A stretch of 64,000 bases of DNA from Klebsormidium nitens (GCA_000708835.1 DF237015.1:1-64000), one strand, 5' to 3'. Positions 36,901-49,800 are shown, counted from the stretch's first letter. Numbers and translations: made by a program. Notes: generated from the letters alone by a model not told the origin.

Positions 36901-39889
36901 CACCGGTTCCGGTTTGCCCCTGTGCAAGTGTATGATGCGGACCCCGGGGGAATCCACCTGGCGTATGCGGGGGAGGTGCCGTACCAAAGGGACGGCCTCC
37001 TATTTTACAACAAGTGAGTCGCGGACTAGACTATTTTGACTGCCTTTTAGGATAACCCACTTCCGCAGTTCACGGGTCGTCCTTGTTGCTGCGAAGGTTT
37101 GGTGAGAGGCATTCGCTGATATTCAGCCCTTCTAGAGTTGCGCTGTAAAACTGCAAATCTAACCAGGCGGCGGTTGAGTCGTCAGAAGGGCTAGTTTGTC
37201 TGCAACTTTCACGCCTCCAGACTCTTCTCTCAACCGGAGCCGTCCTTAAAAGCCATCTCCCGCTTTCCAACCTCGACAACGTCCTGACCGGAGAAAGGAT
37301 CTTTTGAAAGTTTCTCCATGGTGAACTAGGCGTCGGCAGATGCACCCGCAAAAATGTCAGAAGCGACATAGAAACCGGTGTACAAGCTATGTCGTCGCAG
37401 AAAAGAAATCAGCGGATGACAACCTATTGTCGTCTTGGCGACCAAATTTTAGCCTTCTCCGTAAAATCGCTGCGGTTTTTCCGTACCGCTATGCTCTTTT
37501 CAGGCAGAAAAGCAATGAGTTTCTGACAACTTGGTTCTGCGACTCTGCAGGGAGGCGCACTACAGCCTGGGTGTGACCCCCCTCGTTCTCCTGTGGAAGG
37601 ACCCCCTTTGCAGCAACTACTTTCTGGACACGGACAGCAAAGGCACAATTCCGACAGAGCAGCAGGTTAGCACTAACTCAACCTTTTAGATGCAAGTAAC
37701 ATAGCCCCCTGTTCAGTGATTAGCGTCGGATCGAGGGTTTTTTGACAGGGCTTCGAAATCGAAGTTGCTTTGATGAATTGTCCTCACAGCTCCGGATTGT
37801 GCATAGCCTGCAGTATCGGTCAGCATGAGAAGGCATTCTCGATTGGATTAGAGGCGGTATGCGGCTGTGGACTGGATTGGAAGCTGCTGTTGTGAGCAGG
37901 GTGCGTCAGCAATCTGCCTGTCGCTATCAGGCTGACCCCGGAGGCCCCGCAAATGCATTGGAGGAGCTGGCCCCATTTAAGACCCCTCGAGTCTCCTTTC
38001 AATGAAGCTCAGGAGAAACTCAGGAGAACCTTCGCAGAATCTCCTTTTAGTTTCGGACAGCACTTCATGAAAGCTTACGCCTGGCGGTTGACCTGGAAAC
38101 TGCCTTCTGTAGCACGTCCGCGATGGTCGTCCGCCGGTTGTCGTCAGCAGGCCTCTAGATGACGTCAGCATTCGATGACGGCTTCTGCTTCTCTGAAACA
38201 GGTGGTCCTGCGTCTTCGGGCGGACGGCACGGTGGCCTCGAGCGACGACCCGCCCGTCGTGCTCGGCTCGATACCGGCTGCGTTTCTGCAACAGGTTCGC
38301 AGCCCAACTGCCCTTCCATCAGCGGTTTGATCTACTTGTCGTTGTCTTTCTCTCGCTCGTGGCCCGCCAATTTTTTCCAGTGTCCTTGCTTTCTCTCCTC
38401 GCTTGGTTGTTTGATTCGAGCAAGTGATTTTGACTTGTTTTCCCTTTTCTCGCTAGTTCCCTATACGCTGCTTTCGATTCGGTATTCAGCTTTGGAGAGT
38501 AATGGGGCCCTATCTACTGGCCATCTAATGGGGCCTCCTTCTCCTCCCTCTAGCCTTCACTGCAAGAAGAGTAGCCGAGAATCTATCGAATTCTGAACGC
38601 GATAATGCTTTTGGTCAGAGCAGCTCCGGTTCTCCACTAACGGACTGCTTCCAACATTGCTGTCGCTACACGATTGCCCGTGTCTCTGCAACCCCTCTCT
38701 TTCTAGCCCCCGAGAACCTAAACACTCTCTTCCTAAACGCAAGCTTAAAACTTTTTCGTCCGATTCTTCAGCATGCCGAATCGCTGCGCCCGGGGACTCT
38801 CCTCCGCTTTTCAGTCGGCGACAGGGGGATTCAAACCGAGGGCGACGGGCCCCCCGTAGCGGACCTCCAGTATCAAGGGCTCGCGAACCAGAGACGAGGC
38901 GGTCCGGACAGCTTTACCAAGGTACACACCCGTCCGAAGGCCCGTTCGCGCTCGTTCGTTTGATCGTCCACCGTTGATTTGTACGTACGGCTCAGCTTGG
39001 CCGCCTTTTTAGATGTATCCCAAAACGTCCGCATTACGAACACTTGATGGTGCCTGGCCGTCCTATTCGAGACCACTATTCAAATGTCTGGCCGTCCTAT
39101 TCGAGACCACTATTCAAATGTCTGGTCTGGTGATTTTATCCGTGTTATCAATCCATTTTCCTGTCTATGAAACTGTTTGCAGAACCATCTGCTTGGATGA
39201 GCCTCTACATGGTCAACGGTCCGATCCAGCAATTTCGAGCGTCTGCTGCCCTTAATGGTCTGCTTTCGCATTTCTGACAATCCGTTTCCGTCCAGCGACT
39301 TGACACCCCTTTCTTTGCATCCCGGTTTCAGTCTGCCAGTCTCTTCAGGCCATGTGCGTTGTTTGTGCTTTTGCGGTTGTAGCTTCGTTCTGATGGACAG
39401 TTGCAGCGCGAAGCGATGAAAGGAGTGCATTTTCCCAAGCTCAACCAAGGCTTCCGGCCGTTGTTGTTCCTTTCACTTCGACTCCGTCTGCTTCCGGCCA
39501 TGTTCCTTATCATCCCGTTGGACTCTACGATTCCAGTCCAATTAGGGCTGATGACGCTCGCGAGGAGCGGTTTACCTTGCTGGCGCAAATTGACCCAAGC
39601 AGAACAGCTCAGCTCTTCGATATATATCCGCTCGTTGCACTTTGCTGCAAGCCCGTTCTAGGCCTCTAAGTCCAAGCCTCCGTTCAGCGGACGAACCCCG
39701 GTAGACATCAAGCGCAGTACAAGCTGAACCTAGGAGATGTCAGGGAACCGAGGCGGTATCGAAATCTGGATGGTCACTGAAGTCGACTCCTCAAAATCGC
39801 CTTTTTCCGACGAGTCCCCTTTGCCTTTGCAGATCCTATTTCAGTATGCTGCCCGCCATGACCCGCTCACCATCGAGCAGATACTGTAA
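33996..39889 (+). CDS. SPN1: Snurportin-1 (m3G-cap snRNP import adaptor); 8 exons
   Basis: Exons: 33996-34124, 35033-35328, 35975-36161, 36763-37013, 37551-37665, 38202-38294, 38772-38921, 39833-39889. IBB-like segment QQKRRELALARQ. Motifs: QLLQPEWMIDVP, ARPEGKRCLVIS, FPSFLPNG, ILDCIFHE, YYVIDMMCWKG, DGLLFYNKEAHYSLGVTPL. Confidence 0.93.
39055..39122. repeat. Perfect 34-bp direct tandem repeat in the last snurportin intron
   Basis: tggccgtcctattcgagaccactattcaaatgtc twice (39055-39088 and 39089-39122). Confidence 0.95.
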
Positions 39890-40557
39890 GTCGCACAAAG
39901 TGGCCGCATTTCGGAACTCCCGCTGGTGACGCCCTCGGAACGAACAGATAATCAAGATCAGACTATGCTTGACTAACACATCTGTTTGTGGGCTTCCTTG
40001 GGTAGGCCCGACTCGGTGCATTCAATGTCAGTGCGTGGTTCGGGTCTGTGGTACATTCTGCAGCTGATCGGCAGCGGTTCTCTTACTTTCACTTCTCAAT
40101 CCTCGGTGACCGGTTTGCAATGCGTATATATCCAGTGTGCGCGCGTAAGCTGAGCTGGACTATATGCAACCGACTTATACGCGCTCATACATGTCCTCGA
40201 ATTTCGTTCGCAGCACGAGCATATGGTCAACGTGCTCGGATTAGAACTGCTTAATGGGGCTTAACCCGATTGATGCTGAGAGCATGAAGTTTGTTCTTCA
40301 CGCGCCCTTAAGAATTGTCAATTTTAGGCTGCGAGTAGATTGTGTAGCCCAAGGGGTTGTACATGATTCAGTGAGGTGATTTCCAATCTAGCGGCGCCGT
40401 AGCTAGCTGCGGCAGTTTTAAAGTCAGAAAAGAGAGTATCCACCTTGTTTTCGTCTTTAAGTCATGAATCTTGAATTTCGTTCAACCCGCATCTTCTCAG
40501 AAGAGTACCTTACAACCATTTCTTAGTATCGTATGCATCCAACATTTTCTTGGTGGG

Positions 40558-40672
40558 ATATATAGTTGCGAGGCAACTATATATACTATATTATATATAT
40601 ACTTTATATATATTTACTATATTATACTATATTATATATTTACTATATATATACTATATACTATATATACTT
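40558..40672. repeat. AT-rich (TA/TATAC) microsatellite-like tract preceded by a perfect 12-bp hairpin
   Basis: atatatagttgc-gag-gcaactatatat (40558-40584), followed by a nearly G-free tatatac-type run to ~40672. Confidence 0.9.
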
Positions 40673-40878
40673 TGAGATTTTTTTGCACTTTTGCATCCGC
40701 CACAACAAGTCTATGCGAAACGTACGTACGACTTCACTTGCCAAAAACATTCGTCTACCTTGCTCTGCCAACAGAACCGGGATTGGAGCTCATTTGCGAA
40801 GGATGAGCAAGGACTATGGACAAACAACCAAGGGTACAAACGTGGGCGTTCAAAGGCCACGCATATGTTACATGACAA

Positions 40879-43800
40879 CTACCGTCGGCTTGCACCATAA
40901 CGATTTCTGAAGATTCTATGGCGGCTGGCTTGCGGAATCCGCCCTCGGCCCCGTCCCCCCATGGGACGCGGCTGACCCGTGCTGCACAACACAATGAAGA
41001 ATCATTCGTCGATCAGGTGTAGAGAACGTTCACATCTCAAGGGGGAGAACCACAAATTTAATTTGATAAACCGGGCTGAGAACACTTTTCGTAACCTGAA
41101 GAAACAGGCCTGGAACAATCTGAGCACAGTCAGGTATCGCAGGCTTACATGGAAACTCCCTTGACCAGAAATCAAGCGACCCAAAAATTCTCCATTGTCC
41201 GACAATCGTAGTCCCTCTAAAGGGACATCATTTTGCCGTCAGCTTATTTGACGTCCGCCATCCGTTTTAGGAAAACTCCTACCACCAAATACACGCCCCT
41301 CGTCTCATAAACTAAATAAAGTGCCGCCCTTCCTTAAAGAACGCAACCCTGGAACCAGGTTCGCGACGAGATTTTACCCAGATGGTCCCAACTTTCAACC
41401 AGACGGGATCAAGCTCCCCAAATCGACCCAACCCGAGATCACACTTGAGATGAGAATCCGCACCTAATCGGCGACTGAGACCCGCTGCCCGCTTGCATCC
41501 TGTGTGCACCCGCCCCCGCTGGAAAGTGAGTGCAACCAAACAGAGCCCCTAGCCCAAACCCTAACCCAGAGATAAACCCACGATCAGACCCGTCCTCACC
41601 TGTACTTTAAGTAGACCACCCCGTCCGCCCCAAAGAGCGCTCAACTGCTTCTGACAATGCCGCATATGCAAAGGGATCCAAACCCTCGGAACCAAACCGA
41701 AACCCAGGCACAAACCCAGAAGCCAAAAACCCAAAAGCCAGATGAAGGCCCCAAACTCGCACCTGTACTCCATGTAAACCATCCCGTCCGCCCCCGAGAG
41801 CGCGCGCATGTTCCCGACGCTGCGGCGCGCGCGGTAGCGCTCGATGTCGTCCAGGTCCTCGCCGAGGCGCTCCTCGCCGGCTTCCGCGGTGTCCGCTTGC
41901 AGCACGCGGCCCAGCAGGTCCAGCTGCTCCTGCTGCGTGCTGTAGGAGAGCTCGCTCGCCATGTCGGGCGGAGGGAGTTCCGTGATGACCTGAGAGAAAG
42001 AAACAGGTTTTCAGAGCTGACTTTCTGGAACTCATCCCATGAGAGGGTCTGTCTACTCTTTGCTAGAAGTAGGTTCCAGCTGCTCCTGCTGTAGGAAGGC
42101 TCGCTCGCCATGCCGGCGGGAGAGACTTCCGTGATGACCTGGGAAAAAGGAAACGGTTCCGTGGTGACGTGGAAAAAAGGCACAAGTTTTGTGATGACCT
42201 TTGATTACACGAATTTCAACAAATTTGCATTTTTGGGAACCCCTGGCATGAGAGGGTCTGTCTGATCGTGCTAGGAGGGATCCCCAACGGCCGCCGATAG
42301 GATGGGACCCACCAAGATATAAACGCCGACACGGTAGATGACTTGTCGTTGTTCCAGCTCTTCTATGGGCCGACGTAGGAGCGCGGCTAGACAATCACTA
42401 AAACGAGGAGTTGTGAAGAAGGCACCAATACCAGGAGTTGTGAAGAAGACGAGTCGTGGAGCACATTTCAGCAGAGATTGGCAAAGTGAGGCCCCGCACC
42501 TTGAAGCTGTAACCCTGGTCGATGAGAAACTGTTGCCGCTTCGTTGAGTAGTACATCTCGACCGTGTCCTTGGAGACGAGAGAATAGAAGAACGCGTTGA
42601 ATTCCTCCGCGCCGCCCGCTACACGGTCCTGCGCGCGACCCTGCAGTCAAGACGGCAAGGCTTTGGTCGCCGTAAGAAACAAATCCCTGAATCACCAAAA
42701 TCTGGCAAACACTTCCGTCTTCTCGAGAGGGGCATTGAGAAAGATTCCTGCAAAGCAACTCTTGACTTCAGGGCTATCCGGAAAATATCAAGTGCTGAGA
42801 ACATGATCATTCCGACGGGTTTCCTTTTGATTGGAGGCGCCTCAAAGCCGCTAGAACCCCTCAAGTCAGTGACGTCCTTTTGCATACTCTCCAAAAGCCA
42901 GCAAAAGTAAAAAGCAAACGATTGCTCGCAGGCCTCAGAAATCGTAAAAGCAAAGCGTGAACTTCTGGCAGCTCAAGAAGTAAAGACGGCACAGTTGCAA
43001 CTCGCCTTCGGCCGCAAGATACGCCCCAGGCGCTGCGCCTCCTGCCGGCGCGACCCCGCATGCGACGAAATCTGGATGATGACGTTGGCCTCCGGGATGT
43101 CGATCGAGTTATCTCCTACCTGCACACGTCAGCACAATGTGTACGTCAGCAAGTCCGCGACAACTACGTTCGCCATATCTGAACTTTTGCCAAAAGTGCG
43201 AGGCGCATGCTCTTCACAAACGCTCGAGGCAGTCTGCAAACCGTTGTGTCAATTTCAGAAGCGTTCGGTGGCAATACGGAGTAATCGTGCAGAATCACTT
43301 TCATTCTGAACAGGCGGCAATTGCTGAACTTGGCACAGTTTTGCGTCGAATCGCACTTTTCTTCGCTTACATCTCCGGCAACGGCCTTACTTAGGGCACG
43401 CGTGTATTCTCACCTTTGAGAGGAATACACAGTTGACGTTGGGATCGTGCTTGAAGGCGTATAGTACACGTGACCTTTCGGTGTGACTGCAGCGGAAAAC
43501 ATTGCGCAAAGATCAGGACGTGAGGTTCGTCATTCGCTGGAGGCACTCAAGCAAGTGAATCTTGCAGTAGAACACACAGGTGACCTTGTTACAAAGTTTG
43601 TCGAGGCTGCTCTAAATGGACGGAGGGCAATGAATCAACGAGGGAAACAGTGTCTCTGACTGCGGCAGCATTCTGCTGAAAAGGCAACGGGTGATTTCAA
43701 CCGGATGTCTGGAATAGAGCAAGCTTTCGTTACTTGATGGCTAAACAAGCACGAGAGCCTGAAGATGAACAGATAAAAATTTTGTGCTGCAAGGGAGGCC

Positions 43801-46800
43801 GTAAACTTCAAGCTCCCTTCACGTGATCCCAACAATCCCAAAGGTTTCCGCATCATCAGGACATTTAAAGGACTGTGAAGGAACACAAGCAAACTCCCTC
43901 ACCTGGTGGGTCCGTAAATGAAGGGCTTGCGCAGCGCGTGCGCGTACTCGCGCAATGCGAAGATGTTGTCGGAGAAGACGATGATCTTGTCGCCGCGTTG
44001 CTGCTCGTGGTACCGGATCAGGAACTCGCACGCCTGGAACTTGTTCGGGTTCATCACGTACAGCGCCTGCGAGGGATCTCGGTGTCAGTCGACTGGGTAG
44101 TGCAGGTGGATTACCAACTTCGGGGGCTCACTATTGCTAAGGCTGTACTCTGATATGAAAAGCAATTCGAAACATCCAGTGGACATCACATTTTTTGCAT
44201 GACTCCGCCCGCACAGGTGAATTCAATTGGTCGCCTGTCCGACAGATCACATCAATCAAGAAAAACAGTTTTCGGCACTGCATTGCGACGAGTTTGAAAG
44301 CCGTCTCTCAACCGCTTTTTCCAACGTCGGAGGACGAAGTGGAACGAGACTTCAAAAGGCAAAGAGTTCCAGCAGAATGCTCCAGCAGAATGACAGCACA
44401 GCCAGACTTTTTGTTTGTGGGACCAATATTCCTGGGGGACTCCCTCAGCAGGCGAAAGTGGAAACTACGGCTGCCCGCCCCGACCTGCTGATTGGTAGCA
44501 CCCTCTTTCCTGAGGCCCAAAACAAACCTTGCAGATCTACACTCAAAAAGCGACCGAACGAAACCCTACATACTTACACTCCTAAGCGGTCAGAACCGTT
44601 GTGTCAGGAAACGCTCACCTGCTGCTTGCCGGCTTTTTCTCTCTAAGGAATATGCACCGTAGACCTCGCGCGTCACATCTTCTAGGATAGACCCAATTCA
44701 TTTCAATCAGTCTCTTGAACTCTTATGAACCTCAAAGATACCGCAGAAAGTTGGTATGCCCACCTGCTGCTTGCCGGCGTTCTCCTTTTTGAGGTACTCG
44801 CGGTAGAACTCGCGCGTCATTGGGCACCAGACTTCCGCGCACTGCACGTTGGCCAGGTGGCCCGCCTTCACCAGGTCCAGCCAGTTGGCCTCGTACAGCT
44901 TGGGGCCGATCAAAAAGTTGAGGTCGCTGATGCGCTCGTCCTCGCGCACCAGCGTCGCTGCACATGACAAACGGTGCTTTTTGGGATTTTAGACTTCCAC
45001 TGGGCTCGTACAGCTATGAGCTAATGGAAAAGTTGAGATCGCTGATGCGCTCGTATCGCGAACCAGCGTCGCTGCATAGAGATTGATACAAAGATAAGCA
45101 GACGCCGGGGAAGTTGAAAAAGCTACGACTTTTGTCCTCTTGAAGTAGGTCTGGTCAAGTGGCCTCGTACAGCATGGGGCCGATTGAAAAGTCGAGGTCG
45201 CTTATGGGAGAGTCCTAGTGCACCAGCGTCGCTAAACGATTGTAGAAATTGCAAACGTAGAAACACGGAAGTCAAGTTTTGGATTCAAGGATTTCAGAGA
45301 CCTGGTCGCTTGGCTTTGGCGTTATCCATGACCAGCGAAGAGTTGCGACCGCTGATCCGCTCCTCTTTGCGCACTAGCATCGAAGGTCTATTGAGAGACA
45401 TTTGGGGTAAACTTTGGGAATTGTTAAAGGCTTGCGCTGCCTGCACGGGCACTTCCACACCCTCCTCGCAGCTGGCGCTTCTCCACCACCAGAGAAGTTT
45501 TAGCACAGCCCCCACTTTTTATCAGCCAAGCACCAAAGCCGGGACTAATCGGATTCGGACCCTTGGCCCTGAAAAGAAGGGCTCTCTCACCCGTGAGCCC
45601 CAGCTTGCAATGCGACTTGGTGATGCCAATGACTTTTCGGAACATCTGGGCGGGCACCACGTGGACCTGCGAGGAAGCGCCACGTCAGCCTTCGTCGGTG
45701 ATCTGATCTAGGTAGGATGGCGAACACCGAGTCCGCCATCTCCTATTGCAGCACAACGTCTAGGCAGAAAGTGACGCTTGCCGTTCTTCAAGAGGCCCGA
45801 ACGTGTGGCATAAGCTTCGAGAGGTGACAAAAAATAGAGTGCCAATTCTGTCCCCCCACTAACTGAGAACAAGGGAACGTACCAAGTGAAACAGGCCAAA
45901 GCGGAGCTGTCAAGTAAGAGAAAGTAAGCGGAGGTTCTCTGGCATTCTCTCGGTGTGAACTGGCACCAGGAGCGGGTGTGAACGCGCACCTCGTCCATAA
46001 GCAGGAGCCCCCACTCCCGGCTCTTAATCTGGTTGATGATCTCCTCCGACTCCTCGGAGCGCCGTCCGCCGAACGCGACCATGTTGTACGTGGTTACGCA
46101 AACCGAGGCTTGGTTAGGCCGGAACCGCTCCTTGTTCTCGGACGTGAAGCGCGTGATCTGCTCGTCCTTGACGGTTGACCACAGCTTGAACTGATACGCC
46201 CACTGGTCGACCGACACGCTGCGGTAAGATAAAAGGTTCCATCAATTACTCAGAATCAACGACTCATTTCGACCATTTCTAGATCTTGGATAAAATCCAG
46301 GCGCCCCCTCTGGTTGACGAACACGTTGCGAAGACCACATGATCTCAGCAGGATTAGAACGGACACCTGGTTAGTTGCTTTTCCAGGCGTCTACCTTTGA
46401 AAGAATCAACTGTCTACATGGAATCCATCGGATCAGACGAGACGTGGGCCACGTGACCAAGTTGCGAAAACTTGGGGAACAGAGGCACGAAGTAAACTTT
46501 AATTGGCTCTTCCTAAAGAAATTGTGTTGGTCTGTCGAATTCCGCCCGACAGTCGGGACGTCTACTGGTCTCGTCAAAATATCACCAAAGCCTATAGCCA
46601 ACAGCACAACTTGACATCCGCCCTTAACCTTCGAAGCCTCCAATAGGAATCAATGTCAGATTGCTTACGAGCTGGTGCAGAGGCAGAGGATGCTCTTCTT
46701 CACTCGGCACGACGCTGACACCCCCACCAACGACTTGCCGGCACCGCACGGCAGCACAATGATTCCCGACCGCGCACGGCCTGCAGAGAATATTGCATAA

Positions 46801-49800
46801 TGAGCTAGGAGATGGCCTCGACGTCATTTAGGGCTGGTTATGACATCCGTCGAGACTGAGGTGTCTAACCGGACGGGGTTCGAAACAAGTACTTCTCACT
46901 TCAGAGAAGTATGTATCTTCTTCATACAAGATTCCTATGGGCAGTCAACATGCGCAGAAGGATGAAGCGCTGTAAATCCATGACTTTTGGCCATAAGGGA
47001 AAAGCGGACCTTAGAATCTGAAGGGGAGAATTAGAAAGAAAGACAGAGCTTACCGTTGCCGAACATCTTGCTCAGACTCTTCTCCTGGTACGGTCGGATT
47101 TGGGTCATGGGCTTCAGCTCGATGTTCAAATCTGGATTTACCTGCAGCGTTTGAGAAAGCTTAGTCAAACGGACGGAACGCAAACCAGGCGACATCGCCG
47201 AACGACTGCGAAACAGAAAGGATACACCGTAGAGCATGGGGGTTATCTTCAAAAAATGAAAATAAAGTGACCAGGCCCGTTTTAACCAGCCTAACCAGGA
47301 AAAACAAGAAGCCCAACGATAGAGAAACGAAGGCAACACAACCACGTATCGTGTCGGTTCCAAAAGTCGTAACCTTCATGCATAGGGTTTCAGAAGGAAA
47401 CCCTTGCAGAAAGAAAGAAGTCCGCCAGGCAAAAAGCTTCGTGGAGAGGATAACAAGACCCACGGACCGGAACGGTGCTCTTCGGGCTTGGGGTTCCAAA
47501 AGAGCGAGGATGTAAGCAAGCCAGATCTAAGCGGCCTTGCAAAAGGGAAAGAAGCCCACCAAAGAAGCCTTCTGGCGGGCTTCTCACTATCTGCAATGAA
47601 GCAAAAAGCGAAAAGAAAACAACAAGAGCCGCGTACCGTGTCATTCCGGAAGTCCAACTCTTCGAGCATGGGAGCAGATACCTAAGCATGATACAAAAAG
47701 CCTTGCAGAAAGGAAACCTGCCCACCAAAAGAGGAGGCAAGAGGGGGGCTACACCCGAGATTGAAAGCAGCCAATTTCAAAAACTTGAAATCAACACCCG
47801 CGCACCGTGTCCTTCCGGAAGTCGTAGTCCTCGAGCATGAGTCCTCTTTTTGAGCAGACCATATTCGGAAGCCAAATTGAATCAGCCGAGTAAGGAAAGC
47901 AAAAACCACCAGAGAGAAACAGATCAGGATGACAAAATATTTAGACAACAAGATGCGCGCACCTTGTCGTTGCGAAAGTCGCACTCTTCGACCATGAGTT
48001 TCCTTTTTGAGCACAACATATTCGGACGCCTCATTGAACCAGCTGAGCAAAAGAGGGAAAAAACCATCAGGAAGAACCAGATACAGAATGACCGGCAGCC
48101 AAGCAAACAGTGCAAAGGCCACAAACACAGATAAAGAATGACAACAAGACCGAGACAACAAGATCCGCGCACCGTGTCGTTGCGAAAGTCGTACTCTTCG
48201 AGCATGGGGTAGCAGAGATCCCCCGGCTGTAGGCATCGCTGCTTGACGTGCTCCACCTGTTCTGGGTCGATCTCGAACGAGTGCAGGTCTTTTTCTAGCG
48301 CTTCCGCGCCTGGCTCGGGTTCGCCTTCCGCGAGGAGGTCCTTCTCCATCTCGCGCGCGGCGGCCTCTTCCGGGGCGCGGCTGATCGTGAAATCGTCCTG
48401 TCGGGAACAAGATGTGATACCAACTTCACATTCACGTACGATATGCTGAATAAGGTGACTGCGAAGGGACGGGTGAGGTTGGTTGAAGGTCTAGGCTGGG
48501 TAAGGGTGCGGACCATGTCAACTTCAAATTTGCGGTTCGATCTGTGATGCCCGGAAAACACAGTAAGAGGCCAGAGTAAACGCAGAAGCGACACTTAGGA
48601 CCAAGGGGCAGGACTTCCATGGGTGTGTCATGGCCTTTCTAATGCTGCTCCAGTCTCGATCATGGAAGACTATGTGAGGGTTCCTTTTCCGAACGCGAAT
48701 ATCTGCGGTACGAAAAGGAAAGCTTTTTGGACTTCTCCAACAAGCCTTCGTGAACTTGGGCTTGCTTCTTGATCCTGCGGTTTCAACCAAGAACAAAGGG
48801 CAGTGCCTACTGATCTGCTAGCATTTTTGTGATTAAATCAAAAGAGAGCGCGGCCGGATGAGCACAATCCACAAAGTTCTACAAATAGTATCTTCTCGAG
48901 CACGTAGTCGTGCAACCATGCACCCGTTCAATTGCTGGTACACTTTACAACTCAGATACGAGGAGTCTGAGCGCCCCAAGATGCTGATATGGCGCTCCAT
49001 CTCGCAAAACCATCCCGCAAACAGTTTGCCTTCCAGCATGATTTGAAGCCAGCTGTAGCCCCTGCTGCCATCGCGGCCAGGAGAAGCTCACCCTCGAAAG
49101 CCTGGCGCGCGAGATGACGTCATCCTGGAGCAGCTTGCGAAGAATGGAAGGAGAGGAGGACTCGACGAAGAAGCGATTGCGCTGCAGAACCAGCTTGACC
49201 TTGCCGTAGTTGAGCGTCGAGTCGCGGATGAAGCGCGCAATCTCTTCGGGGAGTCGGGTCTGAGGGGAGGGGGGATCGTTTGTTTCCAGATCGCTTAAAC
49301 TTGTTCGAGCAGTTTAGTCAGAGGTTCAAGCCTTGTAAAGTCAGGGAGGACCGTAACAACACTACGAATAAGCGCAACCGAAGAAAGGATACAATTCGAT
49401 CTCTGACCCTCTGGACTTCCGCTATTGCTGTATTCTTCGGACGTCATGACGAGCTTCAAATTCTTCAAGAAAGAAGTGCTCGGATTTTCCATCCAGCCGC
49501 GCCTGAAGAAAGGACAGGGAGATGGAATCTCCCATTTCGATACATGGCATGTTAAGTGCTTCTGCAAACGGCACAGACGACCTGAAATGACATGTATCCT
49601 TTGGAAACCGCAAGCTCGCAGATCGCACCCGGTCACCTCCATCTGCGAGCTCTCAAGCGAAAGCGGATATCCAGTATGAGAACTTCCAACTGTACAGCTG
49701 TTGCTTTGGCCCTACCTTGGACAGGCGTTCAAGGACGGAGATGATCGTCTCGGTCTCCAAGCCCACAGAGACAGCGGCGTAAAGGGAGTGGGGAGTCAGG

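Noticed and set aside
46860-46900. GGTTCGAA T-loop-like motif
   Set aside because: No cloverleaf, D-arm or acceptor stem can be formed, so it is not a tRNA.
47205-48210. Repeat array considered as CRISPR-like or as a transposon
   Set aside because: The units are decayed copies of the adjacent XPB exon end. There are no unique spacers, TIRs, LTRs or transposase/RT motifs.
47217-49392. GTATCCTTT (U12-type donor consensus) on the XPB strand at 47217-47225 and 49384-49392
   Set aside because: Both lie mid-intron, not at boundaries required by the conserved protein, and no U12 branch site is evident.
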